A DNA stretch of 63,007 nt, the filler included, from Octopus bimaculoides (Eukaryota), in the NCBI RefSeq assembly GCF_001194135.2. It is 3 parts of 3 records of this genome, joined end to end, with 100 filler letters (N's around TTAATTAATTAA, not from the genome) between each part and the next. Parts side by side here need not be neighbours in the genome. Positions count along the whole stretch, not along the records: positions 31,909 to 57,827 come from NC_068999.1; positions 57,928 to 63,007 come from NC_069000.1; 1 more part is not named here. The stretch is one strand, 5' to 3'. Of this stretch, positions 51,845 to 63,007 are shown piece by piece; the stretch's first letter is position 1, and the number at the start of each line of letters is the position of its first letter. The position numbers were made by a program, and so were the translations under genes. The notes under the pieces were generated by a model. That model saw only the letters and a program-made list of their open reading frames with translations, searched no databases and was not told the origin of the DNA.

Positions 51845-53500
51845 AGAACATTGCAGAACGGGTTTTGCAGTATTTCTTTCAGCTCTCTACATTCTGGTTT
51901 CAAATCCTGCTAATGTCAACTTTACCTTCCATCCCTCCTGAGTCATTAAAACAAGGTATCAGTCGACTACTGGTATCAGCATAATCAACTTTCCACCTCA
52001 ACACCCTTCGAGCGTGGTCGTTGCCAGTGCCGCCGGACTGGCTCCTGTGCAAGTGGCACGTAAAAAGCACCATTTGAGCATGGTCGATGCCAGTACTGCT
52101 TAACCTCCCAAGCTAACTTATCATATCTATCGACTTTTCTTTCTTCTTTATTGCATACCTTGTAGTCAGCTGGGCATCCTATATCTATGATCCAGCATCA
52201 TTTGCTTTCTTTCTCAATTAACCCCATTATTATTATTATTATTATCATTATTATTATTATTATCATTATTATTATTATTATCATTATTATTATTTCAGTG
52301 CTATTACATGCTAATTGAATTAGTGGGGAGTTACCCTCAGATTTGGTGACAATAGTTCTCCTCAAATCTCAAGAATCTTTCTTAAGTTTCATGCAGAATG
52401 CAAGTTACCACTTTTCTGCCACCAGTTGACAGTTCATGTCTCAACTCTCATATCCTTCAGCCTGGGAAGCTGACAAAGTCATTAGAACATCAGAAAACTG
52501 ATTTGCACTTTTTCGTCTAACTCTTTATAATCTGAGTTCAAATCCTGCTGAGGTCAACTTTGCTGTTCATCCTTTCAAGGTCAATGAAATAAAGCATCGG
52601 CCAAGTAGTGGAGGCGATGATATCAACTGACCCTTCTACTCAAAATTACTGGCTTTGTGCCAAGGTGAATATGTTGGTGGTAATCGTAGTAATAAAGATG
52701 ATGGTGGTGGCAGTGGAGGTGATGCTGGGGAAGTAGATAATGGCCACAGTGGTGATGCTGGTAATGATAGTTTTGCTGAATGCGATAACAATTATGGTGT
52801 TTGTTCATGAAGGTGATGAAGATAAATATGAATATGGTAATTACTATGATAGATGATGATAATGGTGATGATGATGCCAACTTGGACACCAACGCCAGCA
52901 TCTTTGCCGATGGTATTATTCGTGGTTAATAGGATTATAGTATGATACAGTTCAGTTATTGGTTTCTTTGCCAATCTTTAGTTTAGTGAAGCAGAAATAT
53001 TTAATTACACGATGGAGGTTAGAAATTATTTTAGGGGTCATAAATGTAAGGAAGTCAATTGGCTGGATTTTTGGGGCATAGAATAAAAATGCCTTGTGAT
53101 ACTCGTTCTGGTTCTATGCATTCTGAGTTCAAATCCTAGCGAGGTCAACTTTGCCTTTCATCGTTTTGAAGTCAAAGTACCAACCAAGTACTGCGGTTGA
53201 TGTAATTGACTAAAGTCCTTTCTCATCAAAATTGCTCTCCTTGTATATAAATTAGAAATCATCGTCATCATCCTCCTCCTCCACATCATCATCATCATCC
53301 TCATCAAGGTGCTGAATTTGCAGAAATTGACAATATGGTTAGCAGTATTTCTTCCAATGCTTTATGTTCTGAGTTCAGATCCTGTCAAGGTCAGCTTTGC
53401 AATTCATCCACCTGAGGTCAATAAAATAAAATACAGGTCAAGTACTGGAGTTGACATAATCAACTTACTCACACCACATCCCCAGATCCCTAAAATTGCT
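51845..53500 (+). mobile_element. Cluster of at least four CpG-decayed SINE copies (~51845-51990, 52500-52660, 53110-53250, 53320-53500)
   Basis: Each contains TTCTG(A/G)GTTCA(A/G)ATCCTG..(A)GGTCA(A/G)CTTTGC..TTCATCC, in the same orientation. Confidence 0.75.
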
Positions 53501-53554
53501 AACCTTGCGTTTATAGTAGAAAGAATTGCTTCTCTTACGGTCACTTTTCCTTAT

Positions 53555-53590
<36 letters not shown>

Positions 53591-55189
53591 TTCACCTGTA
53601 AGGCATCGATCAATTAGAAATTATATTAAATGACATTTTCTCAAATTTCCATTCTGATGGATGGATCACTTTCCCATGTAGCAACTAACTGTGAGAACTT
53701 CTTCACCATGGATCATTCCCTACACACAACTAAGTTTATCTTATTAAATGAAAAAATATAAAATTTATTGAAGGATACAAACACATTCATAAAACCAGGA
53801 ATAGTGGATCATTTCTTTCTATATTTGTTCTTCAAATCAATTCTCAAGACTCACCAAAAGAATTTCTTTAGAACAGATCAATGCTTACACTCAAGTATTT
53901 ATTTATTTTTTTTATCAGACTAAAAGGTGTTTATTTGTGGATACAAAAACAATCTGAAAACTTGAAGTAGTGGATCATTTCTCTTTAAATTTATTGTTTA
54001 AATCTTTACTCAGGGACCATTTATCTTAGAAGGACAATAAAACAGGAAAATGAAAAAACAAAAAAAAGCTACTGATTACTTCTTGGAGAAAAACTGATAA
54101 GTGTTGGCAGGGACCAAATCTAAAAAAGGAAAGCAAAAAGAAATGCATTCTTTTGCATTGAAGGTTATGTGGTTCTGGAGACAAGAATTCCATTCAATAC
54201 TGCAGTAGCAGGCATTCTTTGAACACTTTGAAATTTCAAATCTCAACATAATAGATTCTGGCAGAGCTACAGATTTAACAGCATACTTACACTTCTTTCA
54301 ATCTCCAGCTTAGTAAATTGACTTTGATAATACCAATAAAATAGATTCATATAATAAGAGACTTCCATAAAAGGCTTTGATTGTACCAGTGAAAAAAGAA
54401 AAAGAAAACTGATGAAGAATTAAAAATGGACATAAATAAAACAGAAATCCGCAGTGGTTTGAAGTATATGAGGTAATAGAGTGCATTAAATAAGAGGAAT
54501 ATTGGAGACAAAGGGTTAGTAATGATCGACATTGCTGCTAGTTATGGGCTCCATCATCTTACTAGATTTTTCTTCTTCGACTACAAACCTTGTAACTCAA
54601 CCATCCAGCTTTAGTAAGATGAATAAGATGCATGAGGAGGGTGGGTGGCGAGGCATATGAATACACACAAACCCCTTTCACATATAATTGATGTATGAAG
54701 ATGTATGCTGAACACAAAATGCAGTTAATACCTTTTGTTCCATACACATGATTTGCCATTGTGGCTGATTGCCTTCCCTGTAGTGGGCATTCATATTATA
54801 TTGGGATATTTGGATGCAGATCCACAATGGTCTCTCTATCATACGTTTCATATATATTTATGTATTGTCATCATCATCTTTTAACGTCCGTTGTCCATGC
54901 TGCTTGACCAAGGCTTGCCTGCTGGAGGGCTGCACCAGACTCCAGTCTGATTTGGCATGGTTACCATGGCTGAATGCCCTTCCTAATGTCAACTACTCTG
55001 GAAGTGTAGCGGGTATTTTCACGTGCCAATTAAACCGTTCAAGGTGATGCTCCAGCATGACTACAGCCAAATGCTTGAAATGTGGGTAGGGCTAAATATG
55101 TGTATGGAAAAAGGGAGAGAGAGAGCTGATAGCAAAAAGGCTGAATAATGGCAAACCTATGATAAGTGAGAAACTATAAAGAAAGCTTT

Positions 55190-55222
<33 letters not shown>

Positions 55223-57685
55223 TATTATTATTATTAGGGAAGATATTAGGAAGGTATAAGGAATGAGGTGTGTAGAGCGATATCACATGAAAACAGAAAA
55301 GAGACAGAAGCTTATTATTGCTAAAATGTAGACAGGTAAAAACGTAAAGCTAAATGTAAATAAATACGTGAAACAGGAAAAGCAATTCTTTAATGATAAA
55401 AGCTTTCTATGTTAATTGGAATATTAGCTGATAATTAGTAATTAAACAAAGAGACTTGGTGCATCACTTTCAAGGGTTTAGTGATCAAAGAGTGTCAATA
55501 TACAGATTAGAATTATTTTCGTTCATAAAGACTTGTGAGTGGATTTGACTGATTTGATTGATGGAAACTAAAATGAAGCCCATTGCATTTGCGTGCTAGT
55601 GTTTCCTTGTCTTGACATCATGTGATACTCGCAAAAGAGCAATATTACCATACAGGTTAGTGCTGCTTGTGCAGCCATGGGGAAAATATTATCTTACTTG
55701 GAGACAAATGAGGGTCAGTATCAGAAAAGGCATCTGGCCTCAATCTGTCTGGTTCAAGCAAGCATGGGAAGACTGACATTAAAATGATGGATCTTAATTG
55801 GATTTGCATCAACAAAATATAACTGCTTCCTCAAGAAATAATTCTTGACATGTCACCAGTTGATTACAATGTCTAATACTCTAATGATTTCAGTTCACTG
55901 TTCTAGTTTGGTACTTTATTTTGTCAACTCCAAAAGGCTGACAGGCAAGGTTGACCTCATTAGAATTGACCTTGGCAGAATTTGCTGCCATGCTATAACA
56001 ACTCTGCTACTTCACAACATGTAACACCTGTTAAATAGCAGACATAATGTTCCATATAAGGTCATAAATAGGACGTATAAGGTCATATATAAGATGACAT
56101 GATCGATAGGATTTTCCCAATGGAAATTATACAAAAACGAATGAAATGAAGTCTGAATTTATATTCAATATTAAAGTTTAAATTAATTAACTAAATAAAC
56201 AAGATTTTGAGGAACAAGTCAGAAATAAGTGGTTATATTTGATCATGTATGGTAAACTTCAATTTGACAGGGATTCTGGTATTCTCTCTCATTTCACCTC
56301 TCTCTCTCTCTTGCTCTCTTTTCAACATTTTCAAAACTAATCTTGGATACAGATTCTAATGTTAATGTTGCATTGTTATAGCTGTGGCTGCTGTAGATCA
56401 ATGGTTTCGGAGATAACACATCAACTGTTTGGTGAAAGTAACTTGCACACACGGCTAGACTATTGCAATGGCTGTGCAATTTGTTTGATCTCTTATGCCA
56501 GCACACTATCTATTTTATTGGTACCAGAAAGATCAAAGTTTAAGTTAATCTGAACAGGATCCAAACTAATACTTGCTAACACAAACATTGAACTACTCAT
56601 AATTTATGCAACCTTTTTCTTTTTCTTTTCTTTTTTGCTGGTTTTGTTTTCGATGCCATTTCTTCGATATGAAACAACTTGTGTGTAGCCGTTTTATACA
56701 CTCCATTTAAATTTTTATTATTTAATCAACACTCATAAAAAAGAATAAAAATAAAAAAATATAAAAGACGTATACATTATTCTCTTTTATAGTTTCATTC
56801 TTTGAACAAATGCATTTGCATCAACAAACGGTAAATTTTTCTCCCGTGTGCTTCCAACCTTTTATCTTCCTGCATATCAATTTAGACTTCTTTTGGACTT
56901 CTAATAGTTTCAGCTGCCTTCCAGCTTCCTAGTAAACCCAAGACACTTCCGTTTTTCTTTTTCTACTGTTTGACGCACTTTTGGCATTCAATTACAAACT
57001 TGTTGTTTTAAGGTAACTTGGCGGCTTTGTTAATATACATTCTTTGAATTTTTGCCGTTATTTTTGCACTATATCATTTTTCTTTGTTTCTTTTTGTTTT
57101 TCATTTTTATGATGAAGGATATTCTTAATATCTTTAATTCCGTTGAATTCCCTGTCGATCTTGTACCAAGTTAAGAATGCTTTTCATCAATTTGGTTTTC
57201 TTTAGATTTCCTTTATTCTTCAAACAAGCCAATCTTTGAAACCGGCAGTATCTTGAGTGTAATTGAAATTGTCAGTCAAAAAGCAAACAACATTTTGTCT
57301 ATCCTGGAAAGTAAATGTTTTTCATGCACATTATCTATTCATCTCATTTCCTAGACAAACCAACTCTTGATCAGAAATTTACTTTATTGTGAATATAATA
57401 CCTTATCACATTTCGTAACAGCCCTTTAAGGTCTGAGCTTATATCGACCTACACTTAGTTATGTTAGAAACTGTTATCATTGATCTATATTTTAACTCCA
57501 GATTAACCAGTGATTCAAAGCTGCTCCAGCCATGTCCATACAGTCTGTTCCTCTGATTTTAGGATAAGTTTATCTACGACTCTATTATCCAATGTTTCTT
57601 TCATTATTTTTTCCAGACTAGGGAGATTGGATACTTTTTCTTGTAAGCTGTTTGATCTCTTAGAGGCTCCCCATAGTATGAAATA

Positions 57686-57827
57686 TTATTATTATTATTA
57701 TCATTATTATTATTATCATTATTATTATTATCATTATTATTATTATCATTATTATTATTATCATTATTATTATTATCATTATTATTATTATCATTATTAT
57801 TATTATCATTATTATTATTATCATTAT
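57686..57827. repeat. (TATTATTATTATCAT)n 15-bp higher-order trinucleotide repeat running into a gap
   Basis: Regular CAT interruption every fifth triplet. Confidence 0.9.
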
Positions 57828-58079
57828 NNNNNNNNNNNNNNNNNNNNNNNNNNNNNNNNNNNNNNNNNNNNTTAATTAATTAANNNNNNNNNNNNNNNNN
57901 NNNNNNNNNNNNNNNNNNNNNNNNNNNCATATAGATCTATATCTATATATATATTTATATCTATACATATACATGTACATATACATCTATATGTATACAT
58001 ATACATCTCTCTCTCTCTGAAAGTATCTGTCATTACAGTATCGAAATGTGATTGTTTCAGTTAGTGGAATAGTTTCATT

Positions 58080-58345
58080 TTTAAAGTGAAAGTATTTGAC
58101 ATGAGTGTTTTTGTTTCACTTTTGACACGTAATATTTAAATAGTGAAGGAGATATTATGTTGCCGTGGGCTCGAGCTCTGCAAGAAGTTAAAAATTTTGT
58201 TTTGACTAAAACACAACTTGAACCCTAAGTAAGGCATGTGTAAAATTTGAATGAAATTGGTTGCGTAGTTCTCGAGTTTTAGGGATTCACACACACATAC
58301 AGACAGACAGACAGACACATTCTCATTTTTATATATATATAGATA
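58080..58345 (-). mobile_element. Non-autonomous Helitron-like repeat, 5' part
   Basis: The minus strand starts (A)TCTATATATATATAAAAATGAGAATGTGTCTGTCTGTCTG...AACCAATTTCATTCAAA, the TC-start plus (TGTC)n layout of microsatellite-bearing Helitrons. Confidence 0.55.
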
Positions 58346-58739
58346 CATACATGCATATTTGTTATTTCTTACTGGTTTCAGTCATTGATCATATCCATTT
58401 TACCCTCATATTGTTGTTCAGCTGCAAGTCAATTCTAATTGAACAGACCCATAATCAAAGGCAGGCCAACCATGGCTACTCCATCTCTTTTTTATTTTTC
58501 CTTTTTTGGCATATTTAACCTAAGACCACATTGTCCAATGTGTTCTTTTCTTAGACAGCTGGGTATGATTTAAGGGGGATTTTGCTGTTATGTCTTGCAG
58601 GTCTAGTAACCATGTCTAGGCTGCTTCTTTGGCTTATCCTTATGCTTTATATATATTTACATTCTAATCACACTAATCCATTTCTTTCTGCTCTAGTTGT
58701 TGCTGTCCCTCAACCAAACTAGCTACTTGCTTCTCAATG

Positions 58740-59340
58740 CAACCACATTTGCAAATGAGCTTTCACACCCTAACGTATTCACCATATCAGAGAGCTGTTA
58801 ATTCAACAAGGTGTATTGCCTCCTCTCATTCGATTATTTGATACTAAGGGGATGTTAGCTATAGTAATGTCTGTATCTGTGAATCAAACATTATGTATTA
58901 TTAGTCTCCTGAGTATTCCTCTCAGCATCAGGGTTTGTGTTTGTTGCTGTTTGAAAAACTAGGGTAACGGCCTTCAGATGTCTTCTCCATGGGAGCACCC
59001 ATGGCAGCATTTATTTTTTCTTACTTGTGATGTCCTTGTGGGAGTTAAAAAGAGCAATTGACAGTTTACAGAAAATTAGTGTTTTCCTTGGAAATTGATA
59101 AGGAGGGAAATCTGTCTCGTGGGTAGAAGGTACATCTTGAAACTGAAATATTTCATTGATTGGAGGTGATTGGAATATAAATGGTTGGGTGGTGGGGTTG
59201 AAATCACTGCAAGTTTGACATTTTGGTGTAAATATGGTATTTGGGTTTGGTATAAGAGAAAAGAAAATTTTTGTAATAACTTAATACTATTTGGTATTTT
59301 GGGATGTAATTATGGGTTTTTTGATAGTGAATAATTTTGT
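58740..59340 (-). pseudogene. Heavily decayed Penelope-like reverse transcriptase
   Basis: Minus-strand fragments in the expected order, KI(I)H...PIIT, F..DV and AAMGAPM, resemble PLE RT PKIHK..RPII / FDV.SL / G.AMG.P. Many stops are present. Confidence 0.35.
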
Positions 59341-60544
59341 ATATCATCATCAGTTGTAAGTAAAGTACATCATTCATAAAGATCTCTCTCTCTCTTCCTT
59401 AGATTTTAAGAAAAACAGAGAGATAGAAGCTATTACAAGGTAAGAGAGAGAGAAGTATTGCTGGTGGGGAAGGAACAAGTTATAAAGGTTGCTAGTGTTC
59501 TTTTGTTCCCTGGTCAGTGCTGGATTGAGTTTACCACCCAAGAACTCATAATGCAAAGTTTTGCAACAAATACTGCTTGACATCCCATTCACTGTTCTAG
59601 CAATTTTGATCTGAGTTTATTTTACATCTCTGAATTACAAGCACATATACATGTGCGCACACAATCACACAAATGATGTATTATTCACTCGGTATAACTT
59701 AACTCTCAGCTAATATTAATGATGATGGCAGTGGTGCAGTTTGTTTTTTTAACTTTATCCCTTTCTCTACTAACTGTTTTTTGTTAATTGTTGCTTATTT
59801 CCAGGTCACCTGTCATGGAGTACATATGATCAAAAGTGTTTCACTCCAGCCATGACCTTGTGTTTTGGGGTTGGGTGCACACTGTATGTCAGGTTACGTT
59901 ATATAATGTCTTTCCTTTTCATTTTAAGGTGGTCGGGTAAGATTTGAAGGGGATTTAACTGCTATTTCTAGCTAATCTAGAAATCTATAGTGGTCTAATT
60001 TCTTGGTTTTATTTATTTCTAAATCTCTGTGGTTGTATGATGACATTTTCTTCTAGCAAGTTAATGGTAATTCTTGCCATAATTAATAGCACAGAAATAA
60101 TTGAAGTTCTGAGATCTTCATTTCCGTTTTTCATATTTTTCTGGTATTGTTAATCTGTTATTGAAAGAATTTAGCTTGTATTCTATGGAGTCATGCTCTG
60201 TCGCTTTCCTGTGTAACCAAACAGATACATGGCCTGTCTATGATAAATTTAATGACAGCTAACCATTTGTGAATCATGCTCCTTGCTCTGAACTTTCACC
60301 TTATTTACAATTGATGATAATGTTGGTGGATAGTGAGCTCAATGTTTCTCTGTTCTCTGTCATTTATTTATCCATTATTATATAATGGTTCGTGATCATT
60401 AACATTGTTGGCGACAAGTTTCCAATGGAGCAGTCCACTACTTTTCTGGTAACTAGTCACAATGGAATGTCTAACTTGAGGCACAACAAATATCAATAGA
60501 GACTTTTTTTAAAACAGACAAACCCCGTTTTTTGGGTTTCAAAT

Positions 60545-60740
60545 TTTGGCACAAGGCCAGCAATTTTGGATAAGGGGCATGCTAATTACATTGACCCCAG
60601 AGTTCAACTGGTAATTATTTTATTGACTCTGAAAGGATGAAAGGCAAAGTGGACCTCAGCAGAATTTGAGTTCACAATGTACAGATAAATGAAATGCTGC
60701 TAAGCATTTTGCCCAGCGTGCTAACAATTCTGCCAGCTTG
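60545..60740 (-). mobile_element. SINE of the GCGGCGAGCTGGCAGAATCGTTAG family, CpG-decayed
   Basis: GGTTTCAAATTTTGGCACAAGGCCAGCAATTTT...GAAAGGATGAAAGGCAAAGTGGACCTCAGCAGAATTTGA...CTAACAATTCTGCCAGCTTGTTGCC. Confidence 0.8.
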
Positions 60741-62379
60741 TTGCCTTCACTGATACATATTAGTGAAAGATACCTACATATATATATGATGGGCTTCTTC
60801 ATAGTTTCTATCTACACATTCCCACTCTTAAGGAATCCATTAGATGAAAGCTATAGTGAAAGGCCTTAGGTGAGGTGCTCTGCAGTGGGAATAAACCTGA
60901 GACCATATGGTTGCCATGGAAGTTTCTTAACCATGTGGCTAGGTTGTCTGTGGCTGTAATCACTTTTGACTTTTGTACTTCTGTGGTCAACAAAATAAGT
61001 ACCAGTAATATACTGTTTCATTTCTTTTGTTTACACTCTAGCCCTGCTTTACAAATGAGATCATTACTGGCAGTCATTATGCTGCAGTTGTTGCCTTTGA
61101 TAAAACACACCTATTATTCAAGGTATTCTAGCATGACCATCTGTTCTTTTTTTTATATCAATGATTACATTGTGGCCAGTTTGTGTTTTTTCTTTAAGAG
61201 TAGGGTTTTGTTTGGCTTCTATTTTTAGCAGGCTTCTCCATTAATTCAACAAGGCTGCAGTATTTTCCGTCTTAGCAAACTGAGTCTGTGATATCTATTG
61301 TCTTCAACATCTTTCTATATGGTAAATGTTTTGTGGGGAAAGACATGAAAAAAACATGGCTTCTCAAGTCTCCTTATATTTCTGTAACTCATAGACTTTA
61401 TACCTATATAAATACACACACACACACACACGCATATGCAAGAGAAATGGTGCAAACTATCTTTTTTGACATCTGTTTCCATAAGAGGTGGTCCACAATG
61501 TAAAAGATGTGTACTCAACGCTTATCAATCTGCTTTGACTTTTGGGTCTTATCTATAGCAAGATCAGCAACTTCACTGAATCTAACATTACATCGGGCTA
61601 GACTGTCATTACCTTAGGAAATATATGTCATTTGCAAATTTTATTTATTTTTTGGTTGTTCACATCAATCAAGTTCAATGACAATCAATGTTTTTGAATG
61701 CAAAATATTATCAGCTAAGAAACTATAAAAAAACTGTGCCAGATATGTGCGTACCTAAGTATACTTTTATAAATACAGACACACACACATGCACACACCA
61801 TGCAGTGGGGCTCTTTATATAAAAACCATGCCACATACCTTCTAATCCTGTTATGACTGACCTTTACATTTTTACCTCACATTTTATCTCACATTAAGAT
61901 TTTGATGGCTTTTCTAATTAACTATGGCCATCTTTCTCTTGGAACTTAAGGAGAAACTTATTTTTGTTAATGAGATTTGACACAAAACTATATTAATTCG
62001 AGAAACTAGTTCCAGCAGAACGCAATTCTTATGACAATAAATTATTTGAAATATACTTGAGCTTTGTTTGTTTTATTTTTGTGTTGTGTTTTACTGTTAT
62101 TTTCAACCAGTTACTTCATATATTCTAGTTGAAGTTAGTTTCTACAACCACCATATTTATTAGCCTAAACATCATCTGTAATTTTATAAAGGTTCTAACC
62201 AATTTTTCCTATTTTAATTGTATTCTGTGGGCATGAATTGTGCACAGCAGATACTGAAAGTGAGAAAAATAGCCTTTGGTCAACCAAAGCCTTATGAGGG
62301 GATTCGGTAGATAGAAACTGAAAGAAGCCTGTTGCATATGTATAAATGTGTTTGTGTGTGTGTGTGTGTACTCTTGCCT

Positions 62380-62600
62380 AGACATGACTTGTTGGTTGTA
62401 AATGCACGTTGCCATCATACAATTGAGGTTATTTTTCACAGGAGACTGGAAATAAACATACCTCGCCATTGGAAAATATTACCTCGCTCATAAACAGATG
62501 AGGATTAGCAGCAAGAAGGGTATCTGACTAGAAAACCTGCCTCAACAAATTTCATCTGATCCATGCAAGCATGGAAAAGTGGACACTAAATGATGATAAT
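62380..62600 (+). mobile_element. SINE body with an RTE-type tail; a similar copy lies at ~55520-55795
   Basis: GGAAAATATTACCT..CT.....AAACA..TGAGG......CAGGAAGGG.ATC...CCATGCAAGCATGGAAAAGTGGAC..TAAATGATGAT. Confidence 0.65.
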
Positions 62601-62692
62601 ACTACTTAATCTCTTTCTATAATAATTACTTTTGGATTTTAACAAATCAAGAGACTGTATAAAAGTTAACTGGTAGTCTTATTAATGTCTCT

Positions 62693-63007
62693 ATCCTCGC
62701 CAGAAATAGGGAAAGAGGGCGGCTTATAAATGCTAAAACCTATCCTGGCGAAGAATGTACCCCACAACATAGATTAGTAGTTAGCGACTTTGGGATCAAG
62801 GCAAAATGGGTGCCCAGAATTAGACCGGCTTGGAGGAGAAGGGTGTGGAAGCTTAAAGACCCTGCAAATGGACAGAGACTTAGAGACAAGTTACTTGAAG
62901 CATTTAACGAAATAAAAGGGGATATAGCATCATACAACGTGGAAGACAATTGGAGATTTCTGCGGGACAACCTGTTGAAAGCCACCGACCAGATTTGTGG
63001 GTGGTGT
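62693..63007 (+). mobile_element. 5'-truncated RTE-clade LINE ORF (end of the AP endonuclease plus linker), running off the window
   Basis: Open frame ILARNRERGRLINAKTYPGEECTPQHRLVVSDFGIKAKW..RRRVWKLKDPANGQRLRDKLLEAF..VEDNWRFLRDNLLKATDQICGWC. The K..PGE.C..QHRLVV.D and WKLKD motifs are typical of RTE elements. Confidence 0.85.

Noticed and set aside
56359-56553. ORF containing RLDYCN (L2-type RT word)
   Set aside because: It is a single six-residue match without flanking RT motifs.
466-57875. Long ORFs in the track composed mainly of X
   Set aside because: They are read-through of N gaps, not coding evidence.

Overview
AT-rich, gap-riddled, repeat-dominated animal genomic DNA. The SINE families, the (TA)n/(CA)n/(TAA)n/(CAT)n microsatellite load and the R4/Dong, RTE, Penelope and Tc1/mariner content look like a coleoid cephalopod, most likely Octopus; this is recalled resemblance, not a database result. 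I cannot support any host protein-coding exon. Nearly all ORF-track entries are gap or microsatellite artefacts, and the real coding signals are decayed transposable elements: mariner, maT/DD37D, Penelope GIY-YIG, R4/Dong, RTE, a CR1/L2-type endonuclease, and a SAP-domain TIR element. The most interesting object is at 40,047-40,471. It is a ~425-bp fold-back element bounded by a 13-bp direct repeat, with a tRNA-derived Pol III head between two inverted arms. The two arms together reconstruct a Penelope-type minimal hammerhead ribozyme, suggesting a candidate Penelope-mobilised, ribozyme-bearing SINE. A near-intact minimal hammerhead also lies at 21,447-21,489. CpG decay in SINE copies appears much stronger right of ~32 kb, which suggests a methylated gene body whose exons I could not identify.
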